NCBI RefSeq assembly: GCF_001194135.2
Contig: NC_068990.1
Coordinates: forward strand, 78,484,624-78,548,623
Length of the DNA: 64,000 nt
Origin: Octopus bimaculoides
Lineage: Eukaryota
Reading direction: 5' to 3'
Both the position numbers and the translations under genes were made by a program. The notes under the pieces are model-generated. The model was not told the origin of the DNA. It did no database searches and worked only from the letters and a program-made list of their open reading frames with translations. How positions within the stretch are numbered: position 1 is the stretch's first letter; each line of letters starts with the position of its first letter. Below are positions 24,778-38,590 of the stretch, in pieces.

Positions 24778-26940
24778 CTGATCATATTAGTGCATGTTAA
24801 TCTTTAGAGAAATAGAAGAATGCTGCAACTCATTTGACTTTTGATGCAGCCATTCCGGAAGAGAATCAATGAATTTGATTCCCTTTAATTAAGGCAGTGT
24901 TAAATGACTGAGTGAAAGAGAATATTGGTAAGGTGACACAAATGCCAGGAAAACTTTGTTAAATACAAGAACTCTATTATTAGAATAATATTACACAGCT
25001 GCCTGCTGGCAAGATTCCAAACCAACAAACTTACCAATCATTTTACTTGTATTATTATTTTTTTCTATGTAAAAACAAAGTGACAGTTGACATAACATTG
25101 TTAAAAAAGCAGTTATTATGGAAATAACCACAGATTACTTCAAATACAAAACTTTGTTTTGGTTTATTTGGTTCTTTTTAATCTGACCATTTTAACATTC
25201 CAGTACAGTTGGTTTCATAAGACTGAAAATTCAGATATTTGTATAATTGATATTTTATAAGTGATTAATACCAGGAAACTCCCTACCACGTATCCTGATA
25301 TCTAACAGATCAACCAAAAGTGTCATCTATTTCTTAAAAAGAAGTAACAAAGGCAAATAAACAATACCTTATTTCAACCAGAAACAGTAGAATCAAAAGA
25401 CAAAGCTTCAAATAATAGTACCCCCTTTGAAATCCAATACTTCCATTTCATTTTAATATTGGTTTATACCAAAAGTACTTCCTAGATTCTTACTTGAACC
25501 TAGACACTCAAAAATAGTGTGTAGTAAAAGGCATCGGGTAGAACCAACTTCATTATTCAATTTAGAATGCAAACATATCATTATCAAGCCTTTGGCAGAA
25601 GTAGGGACTTTTGATTTCAGAGTTTCTTCAATTGCAAAGCTCATTAGCAACACTCGGTTCTACTAACTGATTATAAAGGATCAATTGTTAAAATATACAT
25701 CAATAAATAAGTCATACTTGATTCTAGATACTACTACTACTAAAAAAAAAAAGACAAAAAAGATCTTCCAGGGCAATCCTGTTACATAAAGGAATAACTA
25801 ATGTGTATCAGCCATAATCAATATTAATAAACAAGCAAATGTACTAATTAACCCATTCCTGAAATTTGATGTCAGTAAATCTGTAAAAGAAAGCCTTATC
25901 ATCTTGTGTCAAAATTTCTACATTATGAATCATATTCTTTTAATGGCAGAGCAACAGCTTCTGTTAGATTTGTATCTAGTTTTGTATGTATCTCCACCAC
26001 TACTTTCCAAACTGTATGTCTAGCTTCTACTAGACAATGAAATGAGAAACCATTCAATCACATTATATAACTGGTACTGTTGATATGACTACCAGAACAC
26101 AACACATTTTTTTTTTATGCCAGAATCAACAAGTTAAGAAGTATGAGGATTAAGATAAAGAATTAACCTGGGCTAGCAGTGATTGGTGGCCTCTCTGCAG
26201 GCTATTCAAATTACAATAGCAATAGCAACTAAAGTTCTCCTTCCAATCACATAGCTCCTTCATACCATTTCAAAAATGGACCAACACATTGGGTAAAAGT
26301 TGTCCTAGATACACTGTACTTGAAAATATGATGTGATAATTACTGCTCAGACACTTTTGATCATAGATCTCCTGGACTAATGCTGACCTGGGGGCTAAAC
26401 AACAGAAAGTCCTCATTTTATCTTTAACACAAAAATAGGTGAAAAGCAAAGATGAGCCAAGCAGAACATAAAAGTTGGAACCTGGCGAATACACAACTAG
26501 AAATTGTATGAAACTGCACATGAATGTGCTTCTTTGCTATTACTGTGCCAAATACATTGTGTTGAAATGAAATACAAACTGACAGGTAAAGTGCAAATAT
26601 CTATCAGAGTAATGAAGTATGCCAAAGTCAGGATCTGAAGCAAAGTTATTGATCTCTTGTAGAAACCAAGATCTCATGAATGTGTGGTGTGGTGTGTGGT
26701 GTGTGTGTGTGTGTGTGTGTATACATATATATATATATAGAATAGAAGTCAAATCAGCCTGCTGAATAATTTCAAATAGTTGACTTAAATAGAGCTTGAA
26801 AAAGATTCCATCAAATAAGAACATCACCAGCTCCCCCACCCATGTTTGCCGCTTTTACATTTCACAGAGATCTATAACAACCCTAAACCATCATTCAAAG
26901 CGTCAGAAGAATCCAGAAAACAAGCCAACCACCTGAGAAG

Positions 26941-27770
26941 NNNNNNNNNNNNNNNNNNNNNNNNNNNNNNNNNNNNNNNNNNNNNNNNNNNNNNNNNNNN
27001 NNNNNNNNNNNNNNNNNNNNNNNNNNNNNNNNNNNNNNNNNNNNNNNNNNNNNNNNNNNNNNNNNNNNNNNNNNNNNNNNNNNNNNNNNNNNNNNNNNNN
27101 NNNNNNNNNNNNNNNNNNNNNNNNNNNNNNNNNNNNNNNNNNNNNNNNNNNNNNNNNNNNNNNNNNNNNNNNNNNNNNNNNNNNNNNNNNNNNNNNNNNN
27201 NNNNNNNNNNNNNNNNNNNNNNNNNNNNNNNNNNNNNNNNNNNNNNNNNNNNNNNNNNNNNNNNNNNNNNNNNNNNNNNNNNNNNNNNNNNNNNNNNNNN
27301 NNNNNNNNNNNNNNNNNNNNNNNNNNNNNNNNNNNNNNNNNNNNNNNNNNNNNNNNNNNNNNNNNNNNNNNNNNNNNNNNNNNNNNNNNNNNNNNNNNNN
27401 NNNNNNNNNNNNNNNNNNNNNNNNNNNNNNNNNNNNNNNNNNNNNNNNNNNNNNNNNNNNNNNNNNNNNNNNNNNNNNNNNNNNNNNNNNNNNNNNNNNN
27501 NNNNNNNNNNNNNNNNNNNNNNNNNNNNNNNNNNNNNNNNNNNNNNNNNNNNNNNNNNNNNNNNNNNNNNNNNNNNNNNNNNNNNNNNNNNNNNNNNNNN
27601 NNNNNNNNNNNNNNNNNNNNNNNNNNNNNNNNNNNNNNNNNNNNNNNNNNNNNNNNNNNNNNNNNNNNNNNNNNNNNNNNNNNNNNNNNNNNNNNNNNNN
27701 NNNNNNNNNNNNNNNNNNNNNNNNNNNNNNNNNNNNNNNNNNNNNNNNNNNNNNNNNNNNNNNNNNNNNT
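26941..27770. other. Largest assembly gap (830 N)
   Basis: Run of N. Confidence 1.
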
Positions 27771-28893
27771 TATTGTCACCGATAATTGATTAAAAGTATT
27801 TTATTAAATGTAACTTAATATTTGGTGGTGGAGAGGGCTGACTATAAATGGTGACACAGTAGTGACATAGTATAAATGATGACTTTGGTGGTGGTGGTGG
27901 TGGTGATGATAATGATGTTGCTTCTGATTATATCGATATGCTACAGCTGCTGCTATTAGTAACTGTGGTGTGATGGTGATGTTAGTGATGTTAGAGTGAG
28001 ATAATTGCCATTGTGGCTGCAGGGAATTATATTTTAAATAATGTTCCGGTTTTATACTAACAAAAAATTTAAATCTCAAATTGCATGATATTGAAAGGTT
28101 TATTCACTGGACACAGACATAAGAGTGTGATGATGATGATGATGATGATGATGTTTGTAGTTTGACATAAGAACAGAAGTGTGTGTAGAGTCCCAAACTC
28201 TAATAATAATATGTATGTGCTTTTGAAGTTTCTAAAAGATCAGTACTTCAAAAACAAACTCTACTAGTGAACCAAACTAATATCATCAATAGATTAATGC
28301 AAGCATCACTTGTATTGCTACTTTCTTCTATTCACTGAGGATCATTGATATCCACTCATATACCAACATGAAATTCCAATTCCAATGATATTGAATTCAG
28401 ATCCACTGTAAAATGTTTCATTGTATTGGCGTGATATTGCCTTAATATGAAATATTGTGACTATATTTTATAGAAAGCTAAAAATACTGGAATTGATGGT
28501 ATAAATTAGGTTTTCGTTAGTAACATCATGTTATTTGTTGTAAGCATCTGAAAAACTAATTTGTTGAAACTATATCTCAATACTTTTCAGTTTTAATTCA
28601 TCTTCTGATACTGCAAAACTATGCACCTTATGTGCATGTCTGGATGCAGGTTATGTTAATTTGCCCAAACTAATCTTGGTAAACCTGCCTTAGATGCTAC
28701 TCATTAAAATGAGCCACTTTACAAATCAAAGTAGATATTTACACTAACGACCCCAGTTTCATATCTTCTGCCTTCAAATAATGTTTGGATAGGGTTATGG
28801 TATTAAGTTCTAATCTTTTGATGACTCAAAAGCAAGGAGTGTTTGGCTACATTTGACAATGTATTGAACATTGTTTCTCTATTTGAGAGAAGC

Positions 28894-29900
28894 ATCATCA
28901 TCATCATTTAACATCTGCTTTCCATGCTGGCATGGGTTAGATGGTTTGACAAGAGTTGTTAGTAAGCCAGAGGACAGCACCAGCTCTATTGTCTGCTTTG
29001 GAGTGGTTTCTGTGGCTGGATTCCCTTCCCAATGCCAACCACTTCACAGTGTGGACTGGATGCTTTTTACATAACACCAGCACTGGCAAGGTTACCAAGT
29101 AACTTGCCCCCTCAACTGGGAGGGGAATGGCATTGAGGGGAATGGCATTGAGTGGAATGGCATTGAGTGGAATGGCATTGAGGGGAATGGCATTGAGGGG
29201 AATGGCATTGAGGGGAATGGCATTGAGAGAGGTGACTGTGTACCAGGTGGTGAGAATTTACAAGTATGGTAGACGGATAGAAGTAAGTGTGTTGATGTAG
29301 AAGAGACATGTGGCTACCCCAGTCAAAAAAGAAAGGAGGAAGAGAGAATGGAGAGAAAGAGAAGAGACAGTTAGAGAAAGAGAGAGAGAGAGAAAGGAGG
29401 GGAAAGAGTTAGAGAGAGAGGGTGATGGTGGTGGTGATGGTGGTGGTGGTGGTGATGTGTTGAGACATATCCCAAGGTACAGCTGGGACTGAATATAAAT
29501 AGTACAGATGACTGGACAAGGTGAGTGAGCACAGGGGGAATAGAGGGGTAATTCTCATAAGAGTGAGAAGAGAGATGATTAGAGCTAGAGTAGAGGTGAC
29601 TGTAGCGAGTGATGGTTCGAGATATAGGAGTAAGTGAAGCGAGTTATGGTAGAAAAGTGAGCACATTTCGACTGATAGCAGATAAAGAGGAGTTAAAGAT
29701 GGAATATAGCAGAGGAGAGAGAGCAAGTGCTGAAGGCAGAGAGAGGTGATTGGTGGAAATAGTGGTCAGGGAGGATGAGAAATGAAAGTTGTTCTGGGGG
29801 AAGAAGTACCTATTCTACTCGCGGATAAATGCCACAGATAGAGAAGTGATGAGTATTTAGGGGATGCGATGTAAGGGAATTGCACATACAAACATTACCA
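28894..29900 (-). mobile_element. RTE-type tail plus purine-rich decayed retroelement
   Basis: catcatcatttaacatctgctttccatgctggcatgggttagatgg tail, then the 15-bp array and a G/A-rich block like 16480-17100. Confidence 0.45.
29121..29226 (+). repeat. 15-bp minisatellite x7 (ag[g/t]ggaatggcattg)
   Basis: Units start at 29121, 29136, 29151, 29166, 29181, 29196 and 29211. It produces the (PQCHS)n ORF on the minus strand. Confidence 0.95.
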
Positions 29901-31182
29901 AGGTAGTTTTTATGATAACATTTCTGCTGTGGTGGACAAGTCTTCTTGAGTACAACAAAAAATGACAACCATCTTGGTCCTTTGTCATCTCCTCCATAAG
30001 GCTCAGTATTTTAAGATCAGCCTTCATCCCATGGCTTCCTGGGAGACATGGGATGAAGTTCCATCCACTTTAAGTGATTGGCAACTGTCTTCATCCATAA
30101 CACATCATATGATGAAACCATGCAGTTTTCTCTCTTGCACATGCCTAACTTTTCTTAAGCATAGAAAAGAGTGTAAAGTTGATCAAATCAACATCAGTTT
30201 TTTATAAATCTCTACCACACAGCAGTAATTTGTCTTTACTCTCTACACTTCTTATATGGACAGAAACACTTAAATATTAGTTTGCAAATGGAATTGAGGA
30301 TAATTATAACTTTGATAGGTTTCAGCAAGTATAGGCCCAAGCCATGTCTAACTTAATAGCACCACCTGGTGATATTCATGCATTACCAACTGGAAAATTA
30401 AATTGGGATATTATCAAGATGGATATTGTCTTTAAAACTTTTGTTACACCATAGAATGTAAGTTAACTGAAGGCCAGGCAAATAGGGAGAACAGTCTAAC
30501 AATTAACAATACAGATAACTAAAGCTTACAAGTTAAAACTTTACCAACAGACCATACCAAATTATCAACAAATCTGTGCATCAATACTTCAAAATTGAAG
30601 TTGGGGTTGGCTAATATTAGCAGAGAGGATCCTTGATAAAGAATATAAGAGATGATAATCTGCTCTGATAGGGAATCAACATTTCCAACTGCCAGTGTGT
30701 ATTAATCTTCCCAATTTAAAAGATTTTTAACAAAACGGTATACTTGAAATACAATTGAACTAGTTAAAGGTGAGGGCCAACTAATAGAACCAGAGGAAAC
30801 AGAAGTTATTTGTATGTAACTAAAAACCCATTTTCAAAAAACTCTGAAAAAGTAATTGAAGTGATATAATGTGGGAAGAAATAGAGGAATTGATTTTGAA
30901 ACTAAGAAAAATCAGAAGTATCAACTCAATATTGTGGATGGATAAGTGTGACGTAGATTTAAGGTAATTTTGACACAAAAACAACAATTTGAAAGGAATA
31001 TATTTCTATTCCAAAAGACTGATGGTCATTTTATATAGTGAGCTCAGGTTGTATAGTGCAATCAGTTTATATACACAAGTTATGATTGGGAGAATGGCTA
31101 GAGACCAGATACTCATTCGCTCAGAAAACGCAACATTGAATTATTGAATCCATTCAACATAAAATAGATATTAAATCGATGG

Positions 31183-31235
<53 letters not shown>
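31183..31235 (+). repeat. (GAT)n microsatellite
   Basis: Read directly. Other triplet runs: (TAG)n 19560-19625, (ACT)n 52852-52889, (ATT)n 62283-62313. Confidence 0.95.
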
Positions 31236-33043
31236 TACTGAGTTTGGATGTCAACAGTTGTGCCATAAAGTTAAGTCAGCAGCCAGAACTGATAAGAAAT
31301 CCATATCAAACAGATGTCTGACACGGGAGATATCCATATGGTTCTTTTACCTGAAGCCACCATATCTAGGAAAGAGCAACCAATTCCCAATGGTTTGATA
31401 GCAATTAATTTTAGGAAGATGTATATCCAGCTCCATACCCATGCAAGTGAATTGCCATAAAGGGATAATAAAATAGAAATATATGTAAATTGAAAGAAAC
31501 CCAAACTAATGAAACCCTAAAATAAATGTATAGAAACAAACACAAAGAAAAGAAATGCAAGAGGCTGAGATAATGGATGTGTACAGATAAAAAAATATGG
31601 CTTAATTCACCAAGACACAAATGAATGAACATCTACATAAATCAGTATTCACAAATACACACACACATACATGTTTAAAATCCACCCAACCTGCCTAAAC
31701 TCATTGAATTGATTTCACTTTGTGTCCTCTCCCACCTGTATATTAGTCCAGCATCCATAAACAATGTCCATTTGGATGAAGAAGCAACTGATGATGATAT
31801 TGCCAAATGACACTGATAAATTGTTAGTTTTCAGTGATACCAGACACTGAGATACAACTCCCTTTTCAGCTCCCAATATCTCAGTATCATTCACTAGAAA
31901 AGCTTTTTACAAGCCATCATGCCATCAAAAACAACAACCATTTATCATGTTTATATTCATCCTATTTCAATTCTGCTCCATCTCTATTTCAGTTGCAGCA
32001 TCCTTTTCTTTCTCCTAACTAGTCTCTGTCTCTATTTATACAGACTTCCTGTCTCTCCTCCTACCCCTTCTCCCATCACTTTTCAACTGATATGGAAGTG
32101 GACATTTCTTTTTGTTTTGGCATTTACTTATTTATCCCAGAATATCTTTGTTTATTTGTTGCATTAAAAGCACCTGTCGATTAACAAAATAAACCGTGTG
32201 TGTGTGTGTTACATGTAGTTGTTTTAAATACATGTTACATGAGAGTATATGGAAAGCGGGGGTGGGGGTGGACTACGAGAGCTCTGTGTGATAGGAGGAG
32301 GAGGAGGAGGAGGAGGACTGATGAGCGCACTTTTGTGTTTATGCATGTGTACAAGATAAAGTTAACATAGAAATGGTTATGTATATTAATCACTGTGTGC
32401 ATATGACATGACAAGCACGTAAATGCAAGTGTGAATCATTACTGCTGCTGCCACCACCACAACCTTCACAACCTTCCTAGCAAAGTCATCATACACAATG
32501 ATTTGACCTTCCTCCATGAAAGATGTAGCCTACATTTCACATTGACAACAGTCCATTTTATTCATCACTCTCTCTCTCTCTTTCTCTATTTTAAATGGAA
32601 ACTAACCTTCATAATTGTTGAGAGAAGAGTTAATGGGAATAGGTGTGTGCTGGTTATGGCTTGCCTAAAGGTATTTGTAAATAGATTTGAAACTCTGAAT
32701 AGACAACAATCTGCCTTAGATTTGGTTCGCAAAAAATTTTACTTCCTTTCTTTAATAAATGACATATGCAAGAAAGTACAAATTCTTAGAGCACCAACAA
32801 CACAAAACAAATATCAAGCTATGAAAGGTACAGGTTGCTGCAAAAAGTCATCTCTTAAAAAAATGCTTGTAGTATGATACCGGTTAATGACGATGATGAT
32901 GATGATGAACTAACTATAAACTTACTGCAGATACAAAAGTGAACTCATCAGACAAAATATGAACTACCTTTTAAATGGAAAATCTGGAAGCAAATCAAGC
33001 AGAGTTTGATCCCATGTTGATTGTTTGTAGGTCTGTGGTTATA

Positions 33044-34684
33044 GAGTGTAGGACAAAAGCCCCTCAGACAAAACCCCCATACTTAAAGTGTGAAAGTGGA
33101 CAAAAGCCCCTCAGTTATATTTTTCAGTTATTTTTTCGTTTTTTTTCTCCTTTTACTTGTTTCAGTCATTAGACTGTAGCCATGCTGGGGCCCTGCCTTG
33201 AAGAATTTTTAGTCAAATGTATCAATGCCAGAACTCTTTTTTTTTTTCCTTTTTACTTGTTGCAGTTTATTAGACACCACCTTGAAGAATTTTTAGATGA
33301 CTGTATGGAACCCAGAATTTTTTTAAAGTCTGGTCAAAACCACCTCTGTGATATATTTTGTGTCCCCTGTCTCCTTTGTTCTTGTTAAAGCATTAGACTG
33401 CGGCAATGCTGGGGCACTGCCTTGAAGAATTTTTAGTGGAATGTATCGACCCCAAAATTCTTTTAGGCGATTTTCAACCAATGCATGAAGTTAAACCTAG
33501 GTCTCTCCATATGCTAGAATTAACAGCCAAATCTTACAAATTTTTTTTTTATAATTTCACATAAGCAAAAATGGAAATCACGATTGTAAAAATACTTTTA
33601 TTTTCCAAAATTCTACTTTTTAAGTAAACAAAAATATATTCAATCAAAAATAATTAGAAGAGAATAACAGAACACAAGACTCTTTACTACTCAATGTACA
33701 CATTATCTGAATTCTAACAAAAGGGAAAACATTAACTTCAAGAAATGTGTAGAAAGATATAAATAATAAGTACATTTGAAAAACTAGCCTTTGGTACCAT
33801 AATTCTGTTCGACCTTCAACGGCTGGAGAAAGTTGAAAAGGTCAGCTCATTCTCATTAATCTCTAAGTGCATAGAGAAGAAAACAAGACTTTAAATTTAA
33901 ATTTTAAAATGCTGATTTTTCTGCAGCTAAAAATTCTTCAAGGCAGTGCCCCAGCATGGCCACAGTTCAATGACTGAAACAAGTAAAGAAAAAAAATTCT
34001 GGGGTTGTTTTATATCCTAATCCTGTCTCTTAGATAGTATTGTTTGTTGCACACAGCACACTTAGTTTTCGTTGTACTAAGCACTCTTGTTTTTCGTTGT
34101 ACTAAGCACTCATGTTTTCCGTTGTACTAAGCACTCATGTTTTCCGTTGTACTAAGCACTCATGTTTTTTGCTTGAACAGACTTTAGTGTGATTTTTTAA
34201 CCCCAAGAAGACATCTCCTCTAGCTAGTTAACACTGCACAGCTGCATCTGATATATTGCGAGCAGGGGAATTGACCCCTACCACATTCTAGCAATGGGAC
34301 CAACACACATTAATTCGAACAACTAACATTACGGCAATTTACGGGTTCAGTGCAAGTTCAACGTGGAACTAACACAACATGCTCTCAATGACTCCTCCTG
34401 CGATCTCTTGTCTCAACCAATACACTACTCTTTATAAGAGTTTGGCTAGTCTATTCTTCCAATGACTCTCACCACAACAGGTTGATACATTCAACAAAAC
34501 ATTCCTCAAGGTGGTGCCCCAGCATGGCCACAGTCCAATGACTGAAACAAGTAAAAGATAAAAGATATACTGGGATTGATTTGNNNNNNNNNNAAAATAA
34601 CCAAATAATATATAACTGGGGGGGGGGGCTGCTTTCGCACTTTAACTAAGGGGAATTTGTCCGAGGTGGTTTTGTCCGGATCTC
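33044..34684. mobile_element. Putative non-autonomous MULE/Mutator-like element with about 75-bp TIRs and 9-bp TSD
   Basis: Left arm gagtgtaggacaaaagcccctcagacaaaacccccatacttaaagtgtgaaag...cagttatat. Right arm reverse complement gagatccggacaaaaccacctcggacaaattccccttagttaaagtgcgaaag...cagttatat. Flanks gtggttata (33035-33043) and gtgattata (34685-34693). A 10-N gap lies inside. Confidence 0.7.
34065..34170 (+). repeat. 25-bp minisatellite x4 (gttgtactaagcactcatgttttcc)
   Basis: gttgtactaa starts at 34071, 34096, 34121 and 34146, with no spacers. Confidence 0.95.
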
Positions 34685-35005
34685 GTGATTATATGCAACT
34701 GAAACAGGCTTGTACTGCACAGAAATCAAGGGATATGTTCACAAATAAATGCTGTAGCAACATTGACAATGGTAGTGTGGTGTAAGCACAAATATCACTA
34801 AGGATTCCTGCACCAAGACTAACATGAGAATCTCAAATTAGCCAGACAAACATGATTGAATAAAACTGCTATTTACCAAGTTCTAAGTTCAAATTTTACC
34901 AAGTTGATTTAATTATTCATCCTTCTACTATACAACAAATAGCAGTCAAGTAGTAAGGTTGATCTTATCACCAGTAAGCCTTCTTCAAAATTGGTGGCCT
35001 TCTAC

Positions 35006-35125
35006 ATCATCATCATCATCATCATCATGTAACGTCCATTGTCCATGCTGGCATGGATTGGATGGTTTGACCAGGGCTGGAAAGCTGGAAGGCTGCACCA
35101 AACTCCAGTGTGATTTGGCATGGTA
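35006..35125 (-). mobile_element. RTE LINE 3' tail fragment
   Basis: Near-identical to 294-380 (ggtttgaccagggctggaaagctggaaggctg). Confidence 0.8.
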
Positions 35126-35391
35126 TTTTACACACAATGGTCTATGTGGTGAAGTGGATTATATTTGTACAGCATGCATCCCTTACATACATGCAGTATC
35201 TTTGAGAGGCAAAATCCCATAACAGTATCTTCCCTTCATGAAAAACAGCCATTTTTAGATGTTTTGATTCCTAAAAATTATAATATGAAAAGGTGGTGAA
35301 GCCAAAGTTTAAATCTTTGGTGAATGAGGTTTACAGCAGATTTGATTATCAATCACGGTGATTTAAATTTATGACAAATAAATACATTTAA

Positions 35392-35610
35392 CCCTTTAGT
35401 AATTAAACTGGGCATATCAGGCCTAAATAGTTTACCTGTTTTATGCTTAAACTGGCCAAATCGAGCCTCCCACACCTATTCTATCATGTCATTCTTAAAA
35501 TAAACAATTACAACATTGAAATATCAAAGCTTCAAGATGATGGCTGATAAATTGAAAACAATGTAAGAAAGAAGCACCACATTCAACAGAGTAATCTGAG
35601 CACTAAAGGG
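35392..35610. mobile_element. piggyBac-type MITE, 219 bp
   Basis: TTAA|ccctttag ... ctaaaggg|TTAA: 8-bp TIR with TTAA on both sides (35388-35391, 35611-35614); non-coding. Confidence 0.85.
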
Positions 35611-37039
35611 TTAAGCCAGCAATGGCCATCACACTTGATTACTATTATTTCTTCTTAACAATAGAATGCCTTGCAGGATTTATTCAAAACAAATTGTTCT
35701 AACTCTCAAGAGTTCAAATCTTGCCAAAGTCACCTCTGCCTTTCATTTTTCTAAGGGTCAATAAAGTGCCAGTCAAGTACTGGCATCAATTCTTCTCTCT
35801 TACTCTCTGAATCAGCTACCTTGTGTTATGATGCCCAGAGTTAGGGATGCTAGATGTCCCTTTTTTTGAGAAATGGCAGACTGAACCAGGGGTTAGCAAC
35901 ATCTCAGAGAAAATCTTGGTATGCTGCAGAATCATCCAAAAATAGATCAGTGAGAAGTATTTGTATAGGATAGAAATAAACAAGGGTCATTCTTGCCAAG
36001 TCACTTGACTAACCGGTATCCCCACCCAATTTTTTTTTAGAAAAATAAAATCTCAGTTATTGTAAGAGTATAGATCACATGATCCCCTTTTACCATTATA
36101 ATTTCTTATCCTTCAGGTTCAATACTAAGAATGGTTTCTACATTTGGAGGTAGTTAATTCAACTGATCACTCCCTCACTGGTATTTATCTGATTGACCTT
36201 CAGTGAATGAAGAGTAACATCAACCTGATGGTAATCTGAACTTATAAACAAAGATGAAACTAAACACCAGAGAGTATTTTATCTGCTACTGTCAACTCTG
36301 TTAGTCACCATTTCTAACACTGATTTCTTACATGTTTTGACTGCAGCCTGTTGGTGATCATGAAATTTGGTACAAAAGAAGTACAAGATGAACAAGACCT
36401 AACCCTGTCATTATGGGTAGGAACCTTTACTATCACAACACACAAGTTGGTGTTGCTGCTACACACACACACACATTTCACTCACCCACATGCTACAACC
36501 ACTAACCTATATGTGTGGATTCTTCAATCTATCTCAATTATCACAAATCCAACAGCTTCTGCTTGAACTTTTTCCTAATCCATTCTTCCCAAAAGTCTTC
36601 TTGCTCACATTTTTTTCATACAGCTGAACGGAGTGAAATGGTCAGAAAAATTGATAGCAGTACCTTAACTAAATAATGTTTTCCCCACCCCATTAAACTA
36701 AGTTTTAAAAAGAGTCACTCTGTAAAATTTACATAAAGGAAAATAAGAAAAATATGAAATTCAATACTTTTTTAATGCTATGAGCAGACTAAAAGTTGCA
36801 AAGGTAAATCAAAACCATTTTATATAAATAACAACACAAAAACCAGTCATATATTCATAAGAGAAATCTTCCATGGTAACTTACTGTTGTTCCTATTTTT
36901 CTGCCTTGTTTTGACCCCATTAAGAAACTTGTTCAATGAAAACATCATAGGACACAGGTGTTATAAACAAAATATAAATCATCTCCTGTATATGGATTAC
37001 TTAAAAAAAAATTTTCACAAAAAATAACTATAATTTAGA

Positions 37040-38590
37040 AAACCTTCCAAAAAATTGTCCATACCTTTCACCAAAGACATCAGATTCAACAAATGCGCCA
37101 AAGCAAAATTAACCAACGCTAGTAATATTTCACTAAGCATAGACAGTGAAATTAACAAATTACATCATAACTACCCATTCAAATACATAGAAATAGATGA
37201 AACAGAAGAAAAATATCAGAAAAAATACAAAAGAAAATTAGGAAAGAATACTATAAAAGAAATTATTGGTTTCAAATTTTGGCACAGGGCCAACAATTTC
37301 AGGGCTCAACTGGTACTTCTTTTATCAACCCTGAAAGGATGAAAGGCAAAGCCAACCATAGAGGAATTTGAACTCAGAATGCTGAGACAAATGATATGCT
37401 GCTAAGCATTTTGCTCAGTGTGCTAACGATTCTGCCAGCTCGCTGCCTTCAAGTTAAAAACTGAACTCAATGCTAAAAAATAAGATATTAGGGATAAATA
37501 CGTCAGCCATACCAGTCATAAACAACTACAATTTCAACATAATAAAATAGAGCTTATGAAAAACTTTAGAAAAACCAGAAAAATACAGACAGTATACCAA
37601 AGGAAATATAGACAGAATATACCTACCCTGTACACAAAGAAGGCATGGCCTAACAGAAATAGAAATAGTTAGAAACAAAGAATGGAAGATTTATAAATGT
37701 AATAAAGAAACTTGAAAAGAACCAAAAAGATGTTCTTCTCTATACACAAGGAAATGATAAGATACAAAGTAGAAATAGACTAGACTGAAACAATGAATTT
37801 AGATAACACAACAGATATGGTCGAGACACAAAAAACAATATGAAGATAAACTATGAAACAGAAAGGAAAACTACCCAGTGGTCAATATACCCTGCCAAGG
37901 CACACAGAGAAGAAGTAAAGCAAATGGAAAAAATCAACAATGAGTCAAAAGCAGAAATAGATGAAGTGATCTTTGCTGCATAAGACCAATGTCTGGTACA
38001 GACAATGGTAAGTATAAAATCACGACAATGACTCCTAATACCAAATAAAGGATGTACAACCAGCACAATGAAACATTCAACATCATATCTGGGTACCCGA
38101 TCCTTGCCAAATCTGAATATGTACAGAGGTGGTTGTGTTGACAGCTACATCCACTGGGCAATATGCCAACCCTTCAATGTGAAAATGAATAAGAAGTGGT
38201 ACAAGTATGATATATAACAATGATCTGGTTACAATAGTCTGGGATATGTCTGTACAAACTGACAAAGAAATTAAGGTAAACCATCCAAACATAATAATAA
38301 TAATAAAAACTGGAAAACAAAACATATGCACACTAATAGACATTACAATATCTTCTGATGAAAATATTTCATGTAAATAAGTGGAAAAACTATCAAAATA
38401 GAAATATTTAATATGTGGGACATGAGGGTGCAAACAATACCATGAGTAATTGCAGCTCTAGGTATGCATTTGGAAAGTATGAAAATAAACAACAGAGAAA
38501 CCATATCAGGAATCACAACTCTATACACTTTCCAATAAAATAGCTGTACAAGGAATTGCCCACAATTCAATAGAATAACTTAAACAGAAC
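37040..38590 (+). mobile_element. R4/Dong-like retrotransposon 3' half, heavily decayed, interrupted by a SINE
   Basis: FTKDIRFNKCAK...YPFKYIEI (RT end); NIDRIYLPCTQRRHGL (cf. DVDRLYLPRxxGGRGL); VIFAA*DQ; IHWAIC; IVWDMSVQTDKEIKVNHPNI; VIAALG. Confidence 0.7.
37266..37450 (-). mobile_element. SINE nested inside the Dong-like copy
   Basis: ggtttcaaattttggcacagggcc...aaggatgaaaggcaaag...gctaacgattctgccagctc. Confidence 0.85.

Noticed and set aside
26846-27793. Long ORFs in the track (also 402-1205, 766-1146, 48186-48818 and others)
   Set aside because: Their length is an artefact of reading through N runs and (TA)n/(TG)n/(GA)n microsatellites.
29112-29309. ORF with (PQCHS)n repeats as a metal-binding peptide
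   Set aside because: It is simply the translation of the 15-bp minisatellite, with no splice or start context.
31271-31520. Hydrophobic minus-strand ORF resembling a membrane protein (LYGNSLAW)
   Set aside because: T-rich strands give hydrophobic stop-poor frames by composition, and no family motif was recognised.
32926-32967. 42-nt minus-strand micro-exon (VVHILSDEFTFVSA) with AG/GTAAGT boundaries
   Set aside because: No recognisable homology, an AAG acceptor, and such matches are expected by chance in 64 kb.
34065-34170. 25-bp direct repeats as a CRISPR array
   Set aside because: Units are contiguous with no unique spacers, there are no cas genes, and the context is eukaryotic.
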